From assembly GCF_002571385.2 (NCBI RefSeq), contig NW_019218252.1, forward strand, positions 167,244 to 231,243: a stretch of 64,000 bases of DNA. Direction: 5' to 3'. Numbering within the stretch: position 1 is the first letter of the stretch; the number at the start of each line of letters is the position of its first letter. A model generated the notes under the pieces. That model saw nothing but the letters and a program-made list of their open reading frames with translations, was not told where the DNA came from and did no database searches. The position numbers and the translations under genes were made by a program. This stretch comes from Stylophora pistillata. Its lineage: Eukaryota. Below are positions 1-17,200 of this stretch, piece after piece.

Positions 1-2850
1 CCGCAAATGTTTCAAGCAGCCAAATTCGAAATTGGAAAGCCGATCGATCTGGAGATAAAAGCATCGCTAGTGAAAGATCTGTGGGAGGAATTGGGAATCG
101 AGTGAATGGAAATGAAACTGCAACATCTCTGCTTTGATTTTCTGGAGGAATCGAGACTGGTGGTAATTTTTTGGCGGAATTATTCGCTTCGGGCGACGGA
201 CACTTCTAAAATAGGTTTCCGGCCTTGTCTTTCTTTTAGCAGTTGAACACCAACATAGCGCTAACTCGCCGAAAACGCTTCAAAATGGCCTGAGACGCTA
301 GGAATCAACAAAGAAAACAACAAGGCAATAAGGTAAGTCCATTTTATTTCAAAACAAGACATTTTTTTCTCTCTTTTAAGGCAAACCGATAACATCCCAT
401 ACAAACCTTTATAAATATAATTTTTTTCGCAACACGGTAAGAGTCACGTCCGCTTTTCTAGCAGTGAGCTTGGGCTGCCTTTTTTTAGGCAAGAACCGAT
501 CAAAACAGCTAGTCTCGTGCCCAGACCTTTTACGGGCGTTTTTTTTTTCAGTTATAGTAACACAATAGGATCTGGGAACAAGATTCAGCTTATCCAGAAG
601 CCCAATGCTCCTGGCTTAGTATATCAGATATAAATAAAAATATCTTAACGTGTCCCTTTTTTTTTCAAAAAGAGAGTGGAAATGATACTCTTGCTCCCTC
701 TGCAACTCAGGGCGCTTTTTTTCGTGGGGGAAAATAGCCCCCCCCGGCCCCCCTTCCCTCTCCCCCTACAATCACTCCATAGATCCCTTTACTCTGCTCA
801 TTTTTCAGAACAGTATCACGTACAGAACTAAAGGGGAGAAGAGGATGACAGAATTGAAGAAAAACGGTTTTCTTTTAATTCGACTTGATCGTTTTTTTTG
901 AAAGAAAAAGAAAGAAATCTTTGTCACAAAGCACGAGACGGAAGGACTGCGTTGTAATTGTATGAAACGACTGAGATATTCGAGTGCCGAAAAATACAAA
1001 GGGAATACCAAACGGGAGAAAATATGAATTTTATGTTCGAGTGGCAAGAGCAATGTGTCACGAGTGTTCTTTTTTTTCGTGGTTGGTCGTAATGATTTAC
1101 AAGTGTCTTAGTTCCCACTAGTGAAACACTCGGCGCACCTTGTGTCGTTACGCGTTTATATCAATTTTTTCTTTTACACTGAGAACGTTTTTTTCTACAA
1201 GACAAAAAAAGGCAAAAGTTGTCCAAGCAACCGAGTTAAAACTTCCTTTTTTTCAAACTTCCTTAGAAAAAAGAGCGCTAAATTGCTTTTCTTGATCGTT
1301 CTTTATTTTTTTAACATACTCATCTAGACAGCTTCTGGAGGGTTCTCAAATTTACACCTGTTTATTTTTTTACGCACTGGCGTTTCTTTTGTTAAGCAAC
1401 TTTCCTAAAATAAATAACAAATGTTTTTTTTGGCCATAAGACATGTGAATTGATTGGTGTATTGTTAGAAACTTTGAAATACGCATAAGAGCCGTTATCA
1501 AACTCTGGTCCTATTAAAATCAGGAGATGAATCCTCTTCCATTTTTTTATAGCTTTGAAGACACCTCTGGTTATGTTCACGTTGTTGCTTTTGTTGTTAT
1601 TTTTTTTTCTCTTTTTATTACATGCTCACATCAATTCATTTGCTTCCTTAACTAGAGATTTTTTTTGTGATTCTTTTTTTTAATGGGGGAGGGGAGGAAG
1701 AGTGGTGGGGGAGACTAAGCCTTTAACACTGTCAAACTCATTACGACTTTGACAGCGTATAAACTCTTTGGTAAGTGTTTTTTTTAAGTTCCGTTGAAAC
1801 CCATGAGCACCCATTAGTTTCCAGCAACCTGTGTTTTATCTTTTTTATAGACGTGTGCTCTTCTACCCGCACACGTTAAAATCGTTCTCGAAGCCTTTTT
1901 TTCAACAGCTGTCGTTCCAAAATAAAGTTTTTGTATCTTATTGAAAGTGAGGAATTTTTTTTTTTTATATAAAGATCGGCAGTGCACAGACACACGGATG
2001 TCTTTAAATCAAGAGCCCCTTTCTTTGAGTGCCTAAATTATTTCCTGAATATTCCCATCTCGCTAGTTTATCGATTCATTTTTGCCGACATTTTGTGATA
2101 AGATATTATTTCCGCTTTGCACTGGTAATATTGCTCAACAGACCTTGTTTTCCTTTTGCTTTGGCGGCAGTTTCATCCAGATTTTTTGGCTTTTTTTATC
2201 TAAATTTACTGGACCTGAGTTCCACTGAGGAATAAAAAAAGTTGCAGAAATGACCCAGTGTATGATCTATGCTAATGCAATGAATTACGGGACATTAACT
2301 TAAGTAAATTTTTTTAATCAACCTTGCACGATGTTAGAGTTTTTGTGTTTTGATTAACTGAAGGCTTTTTTTTCATGTTCTCAATCTGCATTACTGTTTG
2401 TCCAGCTTTAAGGTCCCAGGACTGATTTGTAGTTGCGTGGTAAGTTACGTTTCCAATTCAAAACATCTCCAAGTGATGGCTCTGTTTTTTTAAAACGGTT
2501 ATGTAGAACAACACATTCACAGATTTTCAAGGACAAATTAAGTTTTTTTTGAGAAGCTTGTAAAACACAGGAGTACTCGCCATATAAAGAAATAAGACAA
2601 TGTTTTTTTAAGATGTCCTAGTGATATTTAAAATCTCGAAAAATGTAGAATATTCCAAATCTTTTTTTACGAGTACAGGGTCGGGTGGGATGGTGGCGTG
2701 TGTGGCCCATTTTCCCATGGGTCAATTCGACCGAGTACTATTGTAAAACCGGCCAACACGGCCATATTGGCAAAACAGGTTTTTTTCTAATGGTACTCTT
2801 TTCGTGACTGGTAGTCATTCCAGCTTGTTTAGTTCTTCTTTGGGTGAAAA

Positions 2851-5093
<2,243 letters not shown>

Positions 5094-8000
5094 AGGACTG
5101 TGGGTAAATGTAGATAGGTTTCATCTGTTGCACAAAATGTTTTTTTCAGACATGTGTCGTTTGAAGGACGTCTGCTATGACAGTTCCATTTATTATCTGT
5201 ACACACAATATTGCCTCCAGTGTCAGAGAAGCCACAAAATATCAGTTTGATAAGATAGAAAAATACTTAAATGAGATAAATAATGAACCATAAACAAGGA
5301 TGGTAAAACCATGCAACCATCTTGACATGCTCAGTGTAAGCGATTGACTGGGCACAAATTATCCCTTAATTCCTTTTTTTTTGCAGCTCAGAGTACATGA
5401 AAAAGTGCTCAATTCATTCTCTCTTTTGTCATTTTTTTTTTCATTCATTGTTTCAAAATTAACATAGGTTAACTGGATAGCATTCTAATGCTTTTTTTTT
5501 GCTAAATACACTTAGATATAAAATGGTGTTTGGTTTCTCTATTCTCTGTCCAAGGACTTATGTAGACACATGTAATTGGTATTAGTCATGCAAGGTAGTT
5601 GAAGTTACAGTTGAGGTCAGTAATAAGCCACCCGAGGATTGGATTAAAAAAAAAGGAATTGAATGTGTTTTTTTTTTGTGTTCTTTGTGTTCATTATGGA
5701 CTTCTAGAATATCAGGCCATGGATGTTTTTTTTTTTTTAATTTTAGTATTTGTCTGAAAAATATATATATATGTCAATGACTTTGTGTAAAGTTTCGTAG
5801 ATAAGCTGACCATTTGTGATTGAACTATTATTTTTAATACCATTAATTTTTTTTATACATTGTTCATACTAAGTAATCCCTAATAAGTAGCTGAGTAATA
5901 TCCTATTTTTTTTTTATTACATACATTCTGTTGGGAAGAAATTAAAGGGAACATCTTATTAAACCTTTTTTTTACAACGACGAGTAACAAAACAGCAGCA
6001 TTATTGTATTGCCTTGTTAGCAGTGGGTGCTCTAGAAAGATGGAATTTAGTTTGTGCGATAACAATGTAATGAAAGTGAGGAGTTTTTTTTTAGAGGAAA
6101 ACCTTTGAAAATATTGTGTGCAAGATTTTTGATGCATAAGAGACTAAACAATTCTGCCTCTTGAAGTTTAAAATCCTAAACACTTCTTTTTCCAACAGAA
6201 ATTTTTTTTTGAGGCAGAAATTGCAGAACAGTGCTTTAGAATTGCCATATTTATGTCTCAAAATGATGACTTCAGTTGAATAGAAACTTTCACTTCACTG
6301 AAATGTAGACAAATGTAAAGACTAAGAAGGTGGCTTTTTTGTTTTGCATTCTTACAGAAATGGTTGATGTTCTAATCAAGTTTTTAGAAAACCATAGGAG
6401 TTTTGGGTCAGTTTGATCACTCATACAGAAAATCTTATGGCAAGCGATCTGTACAGTATAGTTAGCTGCCCATAACTGTTAAGCTGTTGAATTGATGTTT
6501 TATTATTTTAATCAGCTAAGTATTAACCTTGATAAGTACAAAAAATATTATGGTAGAAATCCTGCCAAAAAAATTAAAGACTGCTTGTCTTTGCTAGACT
6601 TTTATAGGTTATTTGTGGTGGATTTATCCCGTAGAGAACAAAGAACATGTAAATTTCTCTTCACCAATTCTAGTTTTTTTTATGTTACTTTCTGGGTCAT
6701 CCACGGTGTAAAAACCTGACGAGGTTTTCTTTGTTTCATGAGGTATTGTTTTGCTGTATGCTATTGTTAATAACGTTTTGTTGTCTTAGTTTTATGTCAC
6801 TCGTGAGCTTCACAGGTTTTTGCACCGAGGATGAGCCTACTTTCTAGCCTGTGAAGAGAAATGCATTTCATTGCTGCTTAAAGATCTTTCTGAAAATGGT
6901 TAGCTTGCATTTTTTTGTAATTTTGGCAAATGGGTGCATAGTATGTTTTTGGTCAAAATTACAGCTGTTTTTTTTGTTGGTTTGTTTGTTTTTTTTCGTC
7001 AGTGGAAGGCTGGGGAGAGGAAAAAATGTAGCAAGTGGGCAAGTGACAGGTAAAGGAGAAAGAGGGGATGGGTAGGGGCAAATACTTCGATTAGACTGCC
7101 ATCCCATGTGGGGGAGGAATAGTAATACTTCTTTCTACTTCGTGTTTTTTTTACCAAGAGAAGCTCCCACAGACTTGTTTTGTTCAAGCAGATGTTTCCC
7201 TTGCTCAGCCTGGGAGGATAGGGGTCTCTTTTCTTTAAAGCAAACTTTCAAAAATGGTAATAAATTATTCATGATCAGCCTCCCAAAAAGATACCACCAC
7301 AGGTACAAAATCTTAAAAAATTTTTTTTTTTTATTGACAGCTATTCTTTGATATGATGTACATTAATTGCTGCCGATGAAATACCTTTGGTTGATCGTAC
7401 AATAAATTTCTCTTTCATTAGTTATATCGTCATTGACGTAAATATTGAAATGATGAGGTAACACTTTTGTCCAATAAATAATAGTTGCACGAATGATTTG
7501 AGAGCTGATGTTAGAAGTGCTATCTACTCTTTCAAAAACACGTTGAAACGTATCGCTCTGATTGCATATGGTTGGGCAATTCTCTAACAGAAAGTATATA
7601 CAATTGGAAAAGGTCACATCGTGTCGTCACCGCAGATTTATGAAAAATTATAAAGATCTGATTTTTCGTTAGATTCGGCGAAAATCAACATTTTAATTAC
7701 AGCAACAACATATGACTATATTGTTGACTTTATACTTATTAGATACGTTGTGCTTGGTGCGATGGGAATTTACTTCTTTCACAACTGTTTACCGTTTTTT
7801 TCGACCAGCAACGATTTGTATACGGAGCTACCTAGTTGCGATGTTATTAAGCTCGGCGATTGGTTTAAAATACGAAATTGCTGGAATCGATCAAAGTCAG
7901 CACGTTTCTTAGTTTTTTTGGTTCAGAAGTAGATTGCTTTTTAATGTAGTGTCGTGAACCAAACCACACGCTATCACAACGATGCAGTGTGCCATGAACC

Positions 8001-8262
8001 TTGTGGTGCGCATGCCAACCAGGAAGCGCGTTTTTTTGCGAGTAACCAACTCCGTTTTAGGTTTAAATCTGATTGGTTGAGAGGTTGAAAGGGGGATTCT
8101 AGACCAATCAGCAAGCGAGGTAAAGCAAGCTTACGATATTCCAGATTATTTTTTTCACTGAATTAAACAGCATTGTGAACAAAGGATTCCTCTCTGTTCG
8201 CGCACATTTTTTTTGCACCATGATTGGCTAGCTGTTTAAACAAATAACAGCCGCGCCTTGTG

Positions 8263-11200
8263 TTATTTCCGTCTTATCTTCATAACTACTGGTCCGTACG
8301 GCAATCTTCTGATCAGCTCAAGAACGTCCACATTTGCCATGTATGCCACCCTTTGTCCATTCACTTCAATAATTTCGTCCCCAGGCTTCAAAGCACCACT
8401 CCTTCCGGCCACGCTTTCCTTGAACACATATCTCACATGAATCGGAGCATCACCATAAAGCGAATCCTGGCCCCCTCCCAAAGAGAACCCTAATCCAGAG
8501 GCCCCCTTTTCAAGCGTTACTTCGGTCACAGAGGGTCCATGGGGTAATTTTTGGAGTCTTATGGGCCCACCGTTAGAGAAGAATCTCTTCTTTAAACGAT
8601 CGAAGGTAGAATGTTCTCCATTTTGTTTCGCTACGTCTAATGGGATTTTCTCGAACGTTGGCGGTGTGGCATTGTTTGCTTTTTTTAGGTTTTTCTTCTT
8701 AGTCAATTCCTCCCTCGTAGGCCAAGCATCAAAATGAGTTTTTTTTTCTTTGTTGGGATTTTTGTTTCGAAGAGGATTCGTCGCCTTAGATTGTTGTCTA
8801 TGTCCTAATGGCCGGCTTACAACAAGAGTAACCCGCTCAGGAGTGTCTTTGAGAAGTGTTAAGGCTTCTGAATTTGTTAATCCCTTGAAGGACTTGCCAT
8901 TGACAGACAACAGGATATCTCCCTTCTTAATATGTCCATTGTGAGCTGTGACGCTGTTGGAGAGAATCTGCCGCACCTAAAAAAACAAAAGCAAACAAAA
9001 TAAACGGCCGAAAGAGTTCACGATTTTACTACCACATCGCTTTAAGTGCTAACTCAAAGGACTCTGAAGTTCCAATAGATTTAAATCTATAATTAACAGT
9101 CCTCTGTGTTAGAAAGACAAATATTTAGTAAGATCTACCCTGCGTCCGCCAGTTCGTTGCTCGAATCCTGACGACGATAAGAGGAGGCTCGCTGGCTAAG
9201 TAAGCTCGTTTTTTTTCTTTCTGTATTTACAGAAATGAAAAAAAAAAACAAACAAACAAAAAAAAAACTTTTTTTAAAAAAAAAACAAGGAATAACGGTT
9301 GTGGGAAGGAACGAGTTGATACGATGATTTTTTTCACTATGCTAGAGGACATAGAGGGGGTTGGAGAAAGGAAGAAGGTCGAGGAATTTTTTTTGAAGAG
9401 GAACACAGTAGGAAGAGAAATAGGGGGATGAAGATGAACGAGTGCTGTGGGAAGAGAAGGACCAGCAGCGTCTGGTGAGAGGGAAAAACATGGAGAAGAA
9501 TTAGACTACTGGGGAGGAATTAGAGAACAATACGTGAGAATACAGGATGGTAGATTGGAGGGTAATAGGAAAGGGAAAGGATTAGGATAAACAAGGAATT
9601 CATAAGGAGACAACGTAAAAAGGATAACGCGTGATTCCAGTAAAGTTTCGAGTAAGAGACAAGAAAGTGCAAGAGGAGAGGTTTTTTTCTGGGAGCGTCA
9701 ATGATACTCACCATGATGTCTTCATGAGATGTGTCCACTCCCCCAGTGACACTCAGTCCCAAACCTGCCCGGCTATTCTTCAAGAGTTCTACAGTAAACA
9801 CCTTAGCGTCGTCACTACTGACTGCCCAACTGACGCTTTTACTGACAGGCTTGACTTCTTCTTCATCCTCTGTTGTTGTGGAGTCATACCCACCAGGAAT
9901 ACCATCAATAATGGTCACGGGAACGTCATCCTGACGAAGGGTCAGTGTCGGGCTCTCTGGCTCCAGGTAGGCGGGGATGTAGTCATCAGAATCATCCAAC
10001 GAACCACATGGAGAGGCCGGAGAAGGATCATTACTAAATGACGTTCCGAAAGACGAGAGGCTAATCAATGACTTGGGGCGTTGGCCCCTGTCAGGAAGTG
10101 GGCTCACGGGCAGATCTGACGCAGTCTTTGAAATTGTGCTCGATTCACGAGCGGAGGAGACGATAGGTTCTTCAGTGTCTGGAGCACGCCTTCCTTCCGC
10201 CACCAGTTCAATTTTTTTTCTTTCATTATTCTTCTTCCTTGCCACAGTGAGTTTCACCAGCGGTGGTGTGTTTTTTTTAATGTTCAAGGCCTCATTATGA
10301 GTTACTCCCACAAGACAATTATCATTGACCTGTAACAGCTGGTCTCCAACTCTGAGTCGATTGCAACTGGCGGCTGGAGAGTTGGGCTGAATATTTTTTA
10401 TATACAGCATGCCTAGATGGGTGTCCAGACCTCCCACGACCATTAAGCCAATAGATTTCTGTTCTTTAAGAAGCTGCATTCAAGGAAAAATGAATCGCTT
10501 AGCCATCTACGCATTACTGATTTCATAGAATGAACAAAGTTATTGTCTGTCATTGAACACCGATTCCATTTCCCAGCGGTAATAGGTTTGATCGATCACA
10601 CCCCTAACATTTTCCAGGTTCCCTACACGAGAACGAAATGACTAAATCAAACCTCACTTTTAACTTGGAAAGTGACTGAAGGTCATAATCAAGTTCACTC
10701 CTCCAATCAGTGTCACCCTCTGGGTCCACTGTCACTCCTTCTCCCATTAACTGTTCATATTTTGAATAAAAGATTCCGTTCCACGAAAGAACAGAGATCA
10801 ATTTTTTTTACGAATGATGGGTTATTAAACCCTCAGTACAACGACACTCACCTGCACCTCCTTTTTTTCTTCATCAACATCCTCCTCCTGGTTCCTGCTG
10901 TCAATAAGCCGCTGAAGGTTTCCAGTGTGCCAGTGATCCGCCTGCCCAACTCTTCCTTCTGACGCTTCATTCGTGTGGGAGTCGGCAAGAAGCTGAGGTA
11001 AAGAGGATGACCTTCTACGGAAGAAAGGAGGGGGACACTTTTTTTCAGGAGTGGATCGCTTCGTCGCCTCATCAACAACAGAGGGACGCTGAACTGGTTT
11101 TTTTCCGGCAGAAAAACTAGCACTTCTAGCGACCTTATTACCAGAAAAAAGTTGGCCCGAATATTCTTGAGTTGAACTACAAGTATCATCCCATTCAGAA

Positions 11201-14200
11201 GAAAAGTCTGAGCTATCAAAGTCATCCGTATTGTATGCATTGACCTCATGAGTGACATCCTGTGTGACTACTGGTTCTTCCCCTTGTGACAAGTGTGGAT
11301 AATCATTGTACTCATTCAGGTGAATTTGTGAAGGTAATGGGTCAGTGTTTTGTTCCCATATCTCAGGGTTGTTGAAATCTTTTTTGTCAACTTTTTTTTC
11401 GTTCTGTCTTGACAATGTAAGCTCGAGGGTGTTAGCTGTACTCTTCACGTTCAGGTCAGTAGGGATTGGAGGTAGCGGTTTCGTTTTTCGAGGCTCGTCA
11501 TTGTGCAGTACTGGCGCGACTATATCATAGTTATCTTCTTCATCATTCTGTTCCGTTGGAAATGTATCCTTTTTTTTTTTACTCCTACCGAGAATAGGAA
11601 TTGGAGGTAAAGGTTTGACAGTGGGAACACCAATTGTGCTCGATAGGTCTTCGTTTCCACTACCGATGTTCTTATTTGGAACCAGCGTTTTTTTAGGCGG
11701 AGGTGCTGGCTTAAAATTAGGAGGGCCCGGGGATACCGGAGAAACTGATGTTTCATCTCCTGTGGCATTCTCCTGCACAGTAACTGCCTTCAAAGATAAA
11801 GGTGGTTTTTTTGGTTTGAATCTAGGAGGGCCTGGTGAGTTGGGACAAAGTGGCGCTATATTAAAGTCGTCCTTCTCAGCTAGACTTGAACTGGCTTGTA
11901 GTGCCAATGGAGGTGGCATAGCCTTAAAAACTGGTGTATCAGGCGATGGAAAAACGTCACTGTTCTGGGCTTCGTTATCTTCAGTGTCAGAGGTAAGATT
12001 CCCAGTCATAAATGGTGACGTTCCCAGTCTTTCTTTGTTGATTTTCTGTTTGAGTTCATCTATAGTGTCTTTTTGTTGTCTACTAGGAGTACTGCCAGAC
12101 TTTAGGAAAGTGGGCTTCTTTGGAACAGGAGGTTTATAAGGAGATTTCGTTGGGAAGTTATCTTTAACGGCATTGCGCTCTTCATATTCAGCTGTTATCA
12201 CGGCGCTTACATTCGGTTGTTTTTCACGTCTCGGGGGAGATGGCGGAAGTGGCCTGTTTGCAAGGGATGTATCCACATCAGCAAGAACATGAGATTCCAC
12301 TACATCATCATCGTCTGTGAACAAACTGGCACCTTGAATATCAATCTCAAATTCCGTCTCATGATGATCCAAATTATCATTCTCGCCATTCGCGCTTTTT
12401 TTGCAAGATTCATCTTGTTCTATTGAACTACCATCTTCACTTTGCTGAAAATTTTTTTTTTTTGTCGCCACTGCAGGCCTCATGCCTTCATCATTTGTTT
12501 TTGACACACCAAATTTGTTATTGTGCCTTTCTACATAGTCTTTCCTCTGTGAGGATGGATCACTTAATTTAAAAGTATATGGCAATGTCTGTGAGAGAAC
12601 TTTAGTTTCGTCGAAAATTGGCTTTTCAACGTCGTCGTAAACCGAGCCATTTCTCCCAATCTCTTTCTTTTGTTTACTCAAAAAGTCCTTGTTTGTTGTG
12701 GGTGGAGGAAGAGGCGGACTGGACCTCTTTGATCTGGAAAACAATCCTCTTTTTTTTGATACAGATCGACTCCTGTTCTCTCGATCCTTTGGCTTCTCTC
12801 GGTTCTTGCTTCTACTTCTACTGCGAAAGCCAAAAAGTTTCTTGGTCCAAGATCGCGATCTTTCATGTTTTTTTGGATTTGTGTCAAATGAAGTGTCAGG
12901 TGATTGTAGATGGTTGGGATCAGCTTTTTTGTCCTTACTTTTATGACTTCTTGAGAACAGTTTCTTTGTGGACTTCTCTTTCATTGGTGAAGATAGTCTT
13001 TCTGGCTCTTTCTTGAGTTGCTGTGTTGGTTCTTGTGACGGAGAAATTGCTTTTGGTTTAACATCAGGCTTGGAGGGAAGCACAGCTATACCCCCTGGAA
13101 GCGACTTTCGAGGTGTGCCACTGGCCTTGCTTTTGGCAGGCGGTCTTGCAGGGATAGGGGGAGCTGGCCTCCTTTGCTTGGTGAAATTCTCAGCCGGATC
13201 TTCACCTCCAGTTACTTGTTTTTTTTTTTTCCCTTTTGATTTGAAATGTGTGTTACTTGGTGCTGGCCCTCTCAAGTCAATTTTTTTAGAATAGAGTTTT
13301 GACTCTACATTTGCTTCCGTCGAATTGATCGAGGAGCTATTTTTTTTGGGTTCCAAATCAGGTGTTCCTCCAGAGTCCGTGTCAGAAAGTTCCTCTTGTG
13401 ATGAAAAGGCGATGTTGGTCTGACCAAAACCTTCCGTTGACATCATGGAATGGTGAAGGGTCTCTTGATATGTATTTTCTGTTGATCCTTCCTTACTTTG
13501 TGAGGATTTTGTGTCCAGATTTGACAATTCCGTGAAAAATGATGGCGGCTTACAGGACGACGAGCTTCCTCCTTCACTGTCCTGCTCATTGCCAGAGCGT
13601 GACGAGTCCTCTAAAGTCAATATCCGATCCAGTAAAGCAAGCTCTGCTTCTGCTGCTCCGGCCTCTGACCAAAGCTCCATTTCCGGAGGTAAGGGGGGTG
13701 GGGACATTGCATCGGACGAATCTGTGACGGCAACGTCATCTTCCAGTGGGGCAAGATGCTTCCAGGAACCGTCTGCTGAGCGGTCTCTCTCGTGTACAAC
13801 AGGAAAATGAACTGACACGCCTCCAGATTCAGGTATGAATCCTTCAGCCTCCATCTCTATCACATTTCTTCTAAAAGATTTCTTCTTTTTCTTTGGAGAG
13901 GATTGAGATGGATGCACAGATGATGATGATATGGCTCTGTCTTCTTCAAGGGCTGAATGCGCAGGGCTGGTTTTAACGTTAACAACTTGTAAACCATCTG
14001 CAAAACTTTCCAAACTTTCTACAGTGAGGGGTGAAATCCTCGGTGGAGGAGGGGCTGGGGGTAAGCTTTCCATGTCATCATCGGGTGGCTCCACATGCGT
14101 CAATGAATCGGCTTCATTGGCATCACTTGACGTTATTGGAGCAACAAAATCCACCTGAATAGGGTGGGCTAGTGATTCATGGAGTCCATTGCCTCTACCA

Positions 14201-17200
14201 GAGGAACCAGATTGCTCCGATGGTTTTTTTCCTCTTTTTGACTTGCTTGGCAAGGGTAATATCCTTTTCTTTGAATTCTTTCGTTCTGGTTTGACGGGGT
14301 GTGGTAGAGGGTTGGTGTTATGAGTAGGTTGTACATCTCCAAGTGGCGATGGAACCGACTCATCAGATTTGACAGACCAGCTAGATGACCTGTTGACTGG
14401 ACAACGAGGTGGTGGAGGGGCAGGAGGAAGGCTTGACATGTCATCATCTACGTCATCCAGCGGCTGAATAGGCACGTCACTAAATGCATCTGGTATGCCA
14501 AATATGGAAGTATGTCCATGGGAAGGGGATGATGATCCAGATTCTACCATAAGATTCGAGCTTTCAATATTTGGTGAATGACTTGGCGATTCCCGATCAA
14601 ACCGACAAGAATGAAGTGGCGACGAAGAAGTCGAGGAATCTGTGTCCAGACTGATAAATTGTCTTCTTGGTTTAGGTGGCGGCGGAGCACTCGGTAAGCT
14701 TGGGAGACTTTCTAGCTCGTCATCAAACAAACTTGGCGGCTTGATTGGACTTTTATCCAGTCCATTCCACGGCAGAGACTCCAAAGCAGCTGCATCTTCC
14801 ACACACGAATAGTTCATGGCCTTTAAGGGTACTTCTTGATGTATGCTTTCATCTTTTACATTGTCTCCAAACAATCTAGGGGGTTTAATTGGTGGTATCT
14901 GTTGTTTTAAGTTCTCAGGAAGTCGTTTCTGCTTCTCTTGTGAAGCATATTGTATATCGGACTTTTGCTTTAAGTTCTCCTTCTTCTGAATTTTTTTTGA
15001 AGAGGGTGACTGTGCGTCTTCACTGAACAGACGCGGAGGCTGTGGTGCTAATGTGCTTACTTCCTCTACTTCTGGGTCGAAAGATAACGCAGATTCAATA
15101 CTTTCATCAACAAAGTCTTCGAAATTGGCTGGTGGGCTCAAAGGTACGTTATCTCCAATGTCTTCCGCTTTTTTTTCAGGCACTTCACCAGAATAACTTT
15201 CTTCATCTGTGTCATTTCTCGGCAATGGTGGAGGAGGAGCAGAAGGAGGCAGACCATCAAATTCAGTTTCTTCCAGTTCACTGTCTTCGCATCCCTCTGT
15301 TGTAATTAAGTCATCAGTAAGTTCTTGAGACAGAGTTATAGAGGTAACACTTTCTTCTGAATCTGGTATAATGTTTGATGAAAGTAAGTTTGAAACTGTT
15401 CCACCAGAAGTTTCTGCTGTTTTCAGAGAGATAAGCTCATTGGGGATGTCCACCCAAGGTGTTTGGGCTGCCACACTAGGAAAAACACTCGGTTGAGCTT
15501 CCCGGTCTGCTGGGCTGATTAGGTCAGGTATCTCTTCAAGTTGTCCCTTTTTCTTCTGAAATGAGACTGTTTCGTCAAGGTATTCGGTCGGCTTCGGTGG
15601 TTTAGGTCCGGCTTGGGCCACAATTCTTACATCTCCCCTTGGGCAGTTCTTGACCATATTTTGGACATCTTTAAGGGCCATTCCTTCTAGGGAGGAGTCG
15701 TTAATCGACAAAAGAACATCTCCAACCCTGAAATGCAGAGGACACAGGATGCTTTCGTTACTTACACGCGCTGGTATATAATAGAAAGCAGGGGTGAATT
15801 TCGGAAAAATCTTGGTTTTTTTTTATCCTAAAGCTTCCTATTTCAACCTAGAGCATGAACAAACCATTTTCACCTATTTTTTTCAAGTAAAGGGATTTAC
15901 CTTAATTCGCTTAATTAGGCAGAAAAAAAAAAGCATTTTTTTAAAAAATGCGCCACGTGAAACAAAACAAGTAATGATAAATAGTGATTTCATCCATTTC
16001 TTCGGTTTCGCATTATTCATACCTGATATTCCCATCTTTTCCCACTAAGCCAATTTTTTTAACATCTGACACAATGACCTTCCTCTCCCTTGTTAGGTCC
16101 ACTTTAAAGCCAAGGTTTCTAAACTTTCTCTGATAGGTAATAGCAAATGGAACATTCTCTACTCTTCTACCTTTTTTTGGTTTCACGTCAACGCCTATTT
16201 TGTGTTCAGTTGTATTTGGTGTTGTGATGTTCTTTGTGTGGTGACCTTTAACCGAGGATGGAGGACCTTTACAAACTCCAAATTCAGGTTTTGCTGAAAA
16301 TATTTCTAAATCCAGGTCTTGTAGACGCTTCTCGTAGCCACTTCCCTCTTTTTTTGATCCCGTGCTCGTCTCCAATAATTTCTCTGAATGAGTGTCCTTT
16401 GTTTTCATTTTTTTCGATGGCAAACCGGGTTTGCAATTGCCTGACAACGAAGTTGCCTCCGCGCTAGTTGTTCGTTCAGATGTAAACTCATCATCCTTTT
16501 CGTCTGAATTCAAATCGTTGCAAGCATCAAGCAAAGACTGAAAATCCCAACTCGTACCTGTTCCTTTGCCAGGAGAACAAGCTTTTTTTTTGCTAGAACT
16601 AGATTCCGGTGAGATCTCGTTGACTTCAATGGACTTGATTCTGTTGCTTTCATGATGATCAGTTCTGAAAGGGTCTTGCTCAAGGAATTCCTTCATTCTT
16701 GGACTAAGGTCGGGCGGTGGAGAAACAACGGGAATGGGTGATAAAGACAAGTCATAGTCAATTTTTTTTGGAACTGGTGAAGGAGGGGGAGAAAATGATG
16801 GAGGAGCTACAGACAGATCGCTTTCTAAAAAATCGTCTACATCCAGTAATGGTGGGGGCGGAGGTGAAGATGGCAGTTCTGGAACATCCTCTTCAACGTT
16901 TACATCTTCATCACTTCCTAAATAAGAGTCATCACTTCTACCTAATTTTTCCGATTCCCTGCTTTGCTGAGACGCGCCAAGAGATACAGCTTTTTCCGCA
17001 CACGGCAACGTTTTTGCCTCTTCTCCCTTTAACGACGATGATGGCTCACCGTGGACTCCGCATTCTTGAACGACAGTAGTATCTTGACCAGATGATAAAT
17101 CAGACTTGGATTCACTTTTTTTACTTGATATTTTCTCCTGACGATCTACTCCTTCCCGTAAAATCACAAACGTGACAACTTCTGTTGGTTTCTTGAGCAA

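Noticed and set aside
1-340. Possible end of a coding exon (..KDLWEELGIE*) or a promoter/first exon with a GTAAG donor at ~332
   Set aside because: Too short and truncated to assign a frame or product.
11345-15305. Numerous + strand ORFs overlapping the giant exon
   Set aside because: Antisense or alternate-frame by-products of a long GC-richer coding exon, with no recognisable domains.
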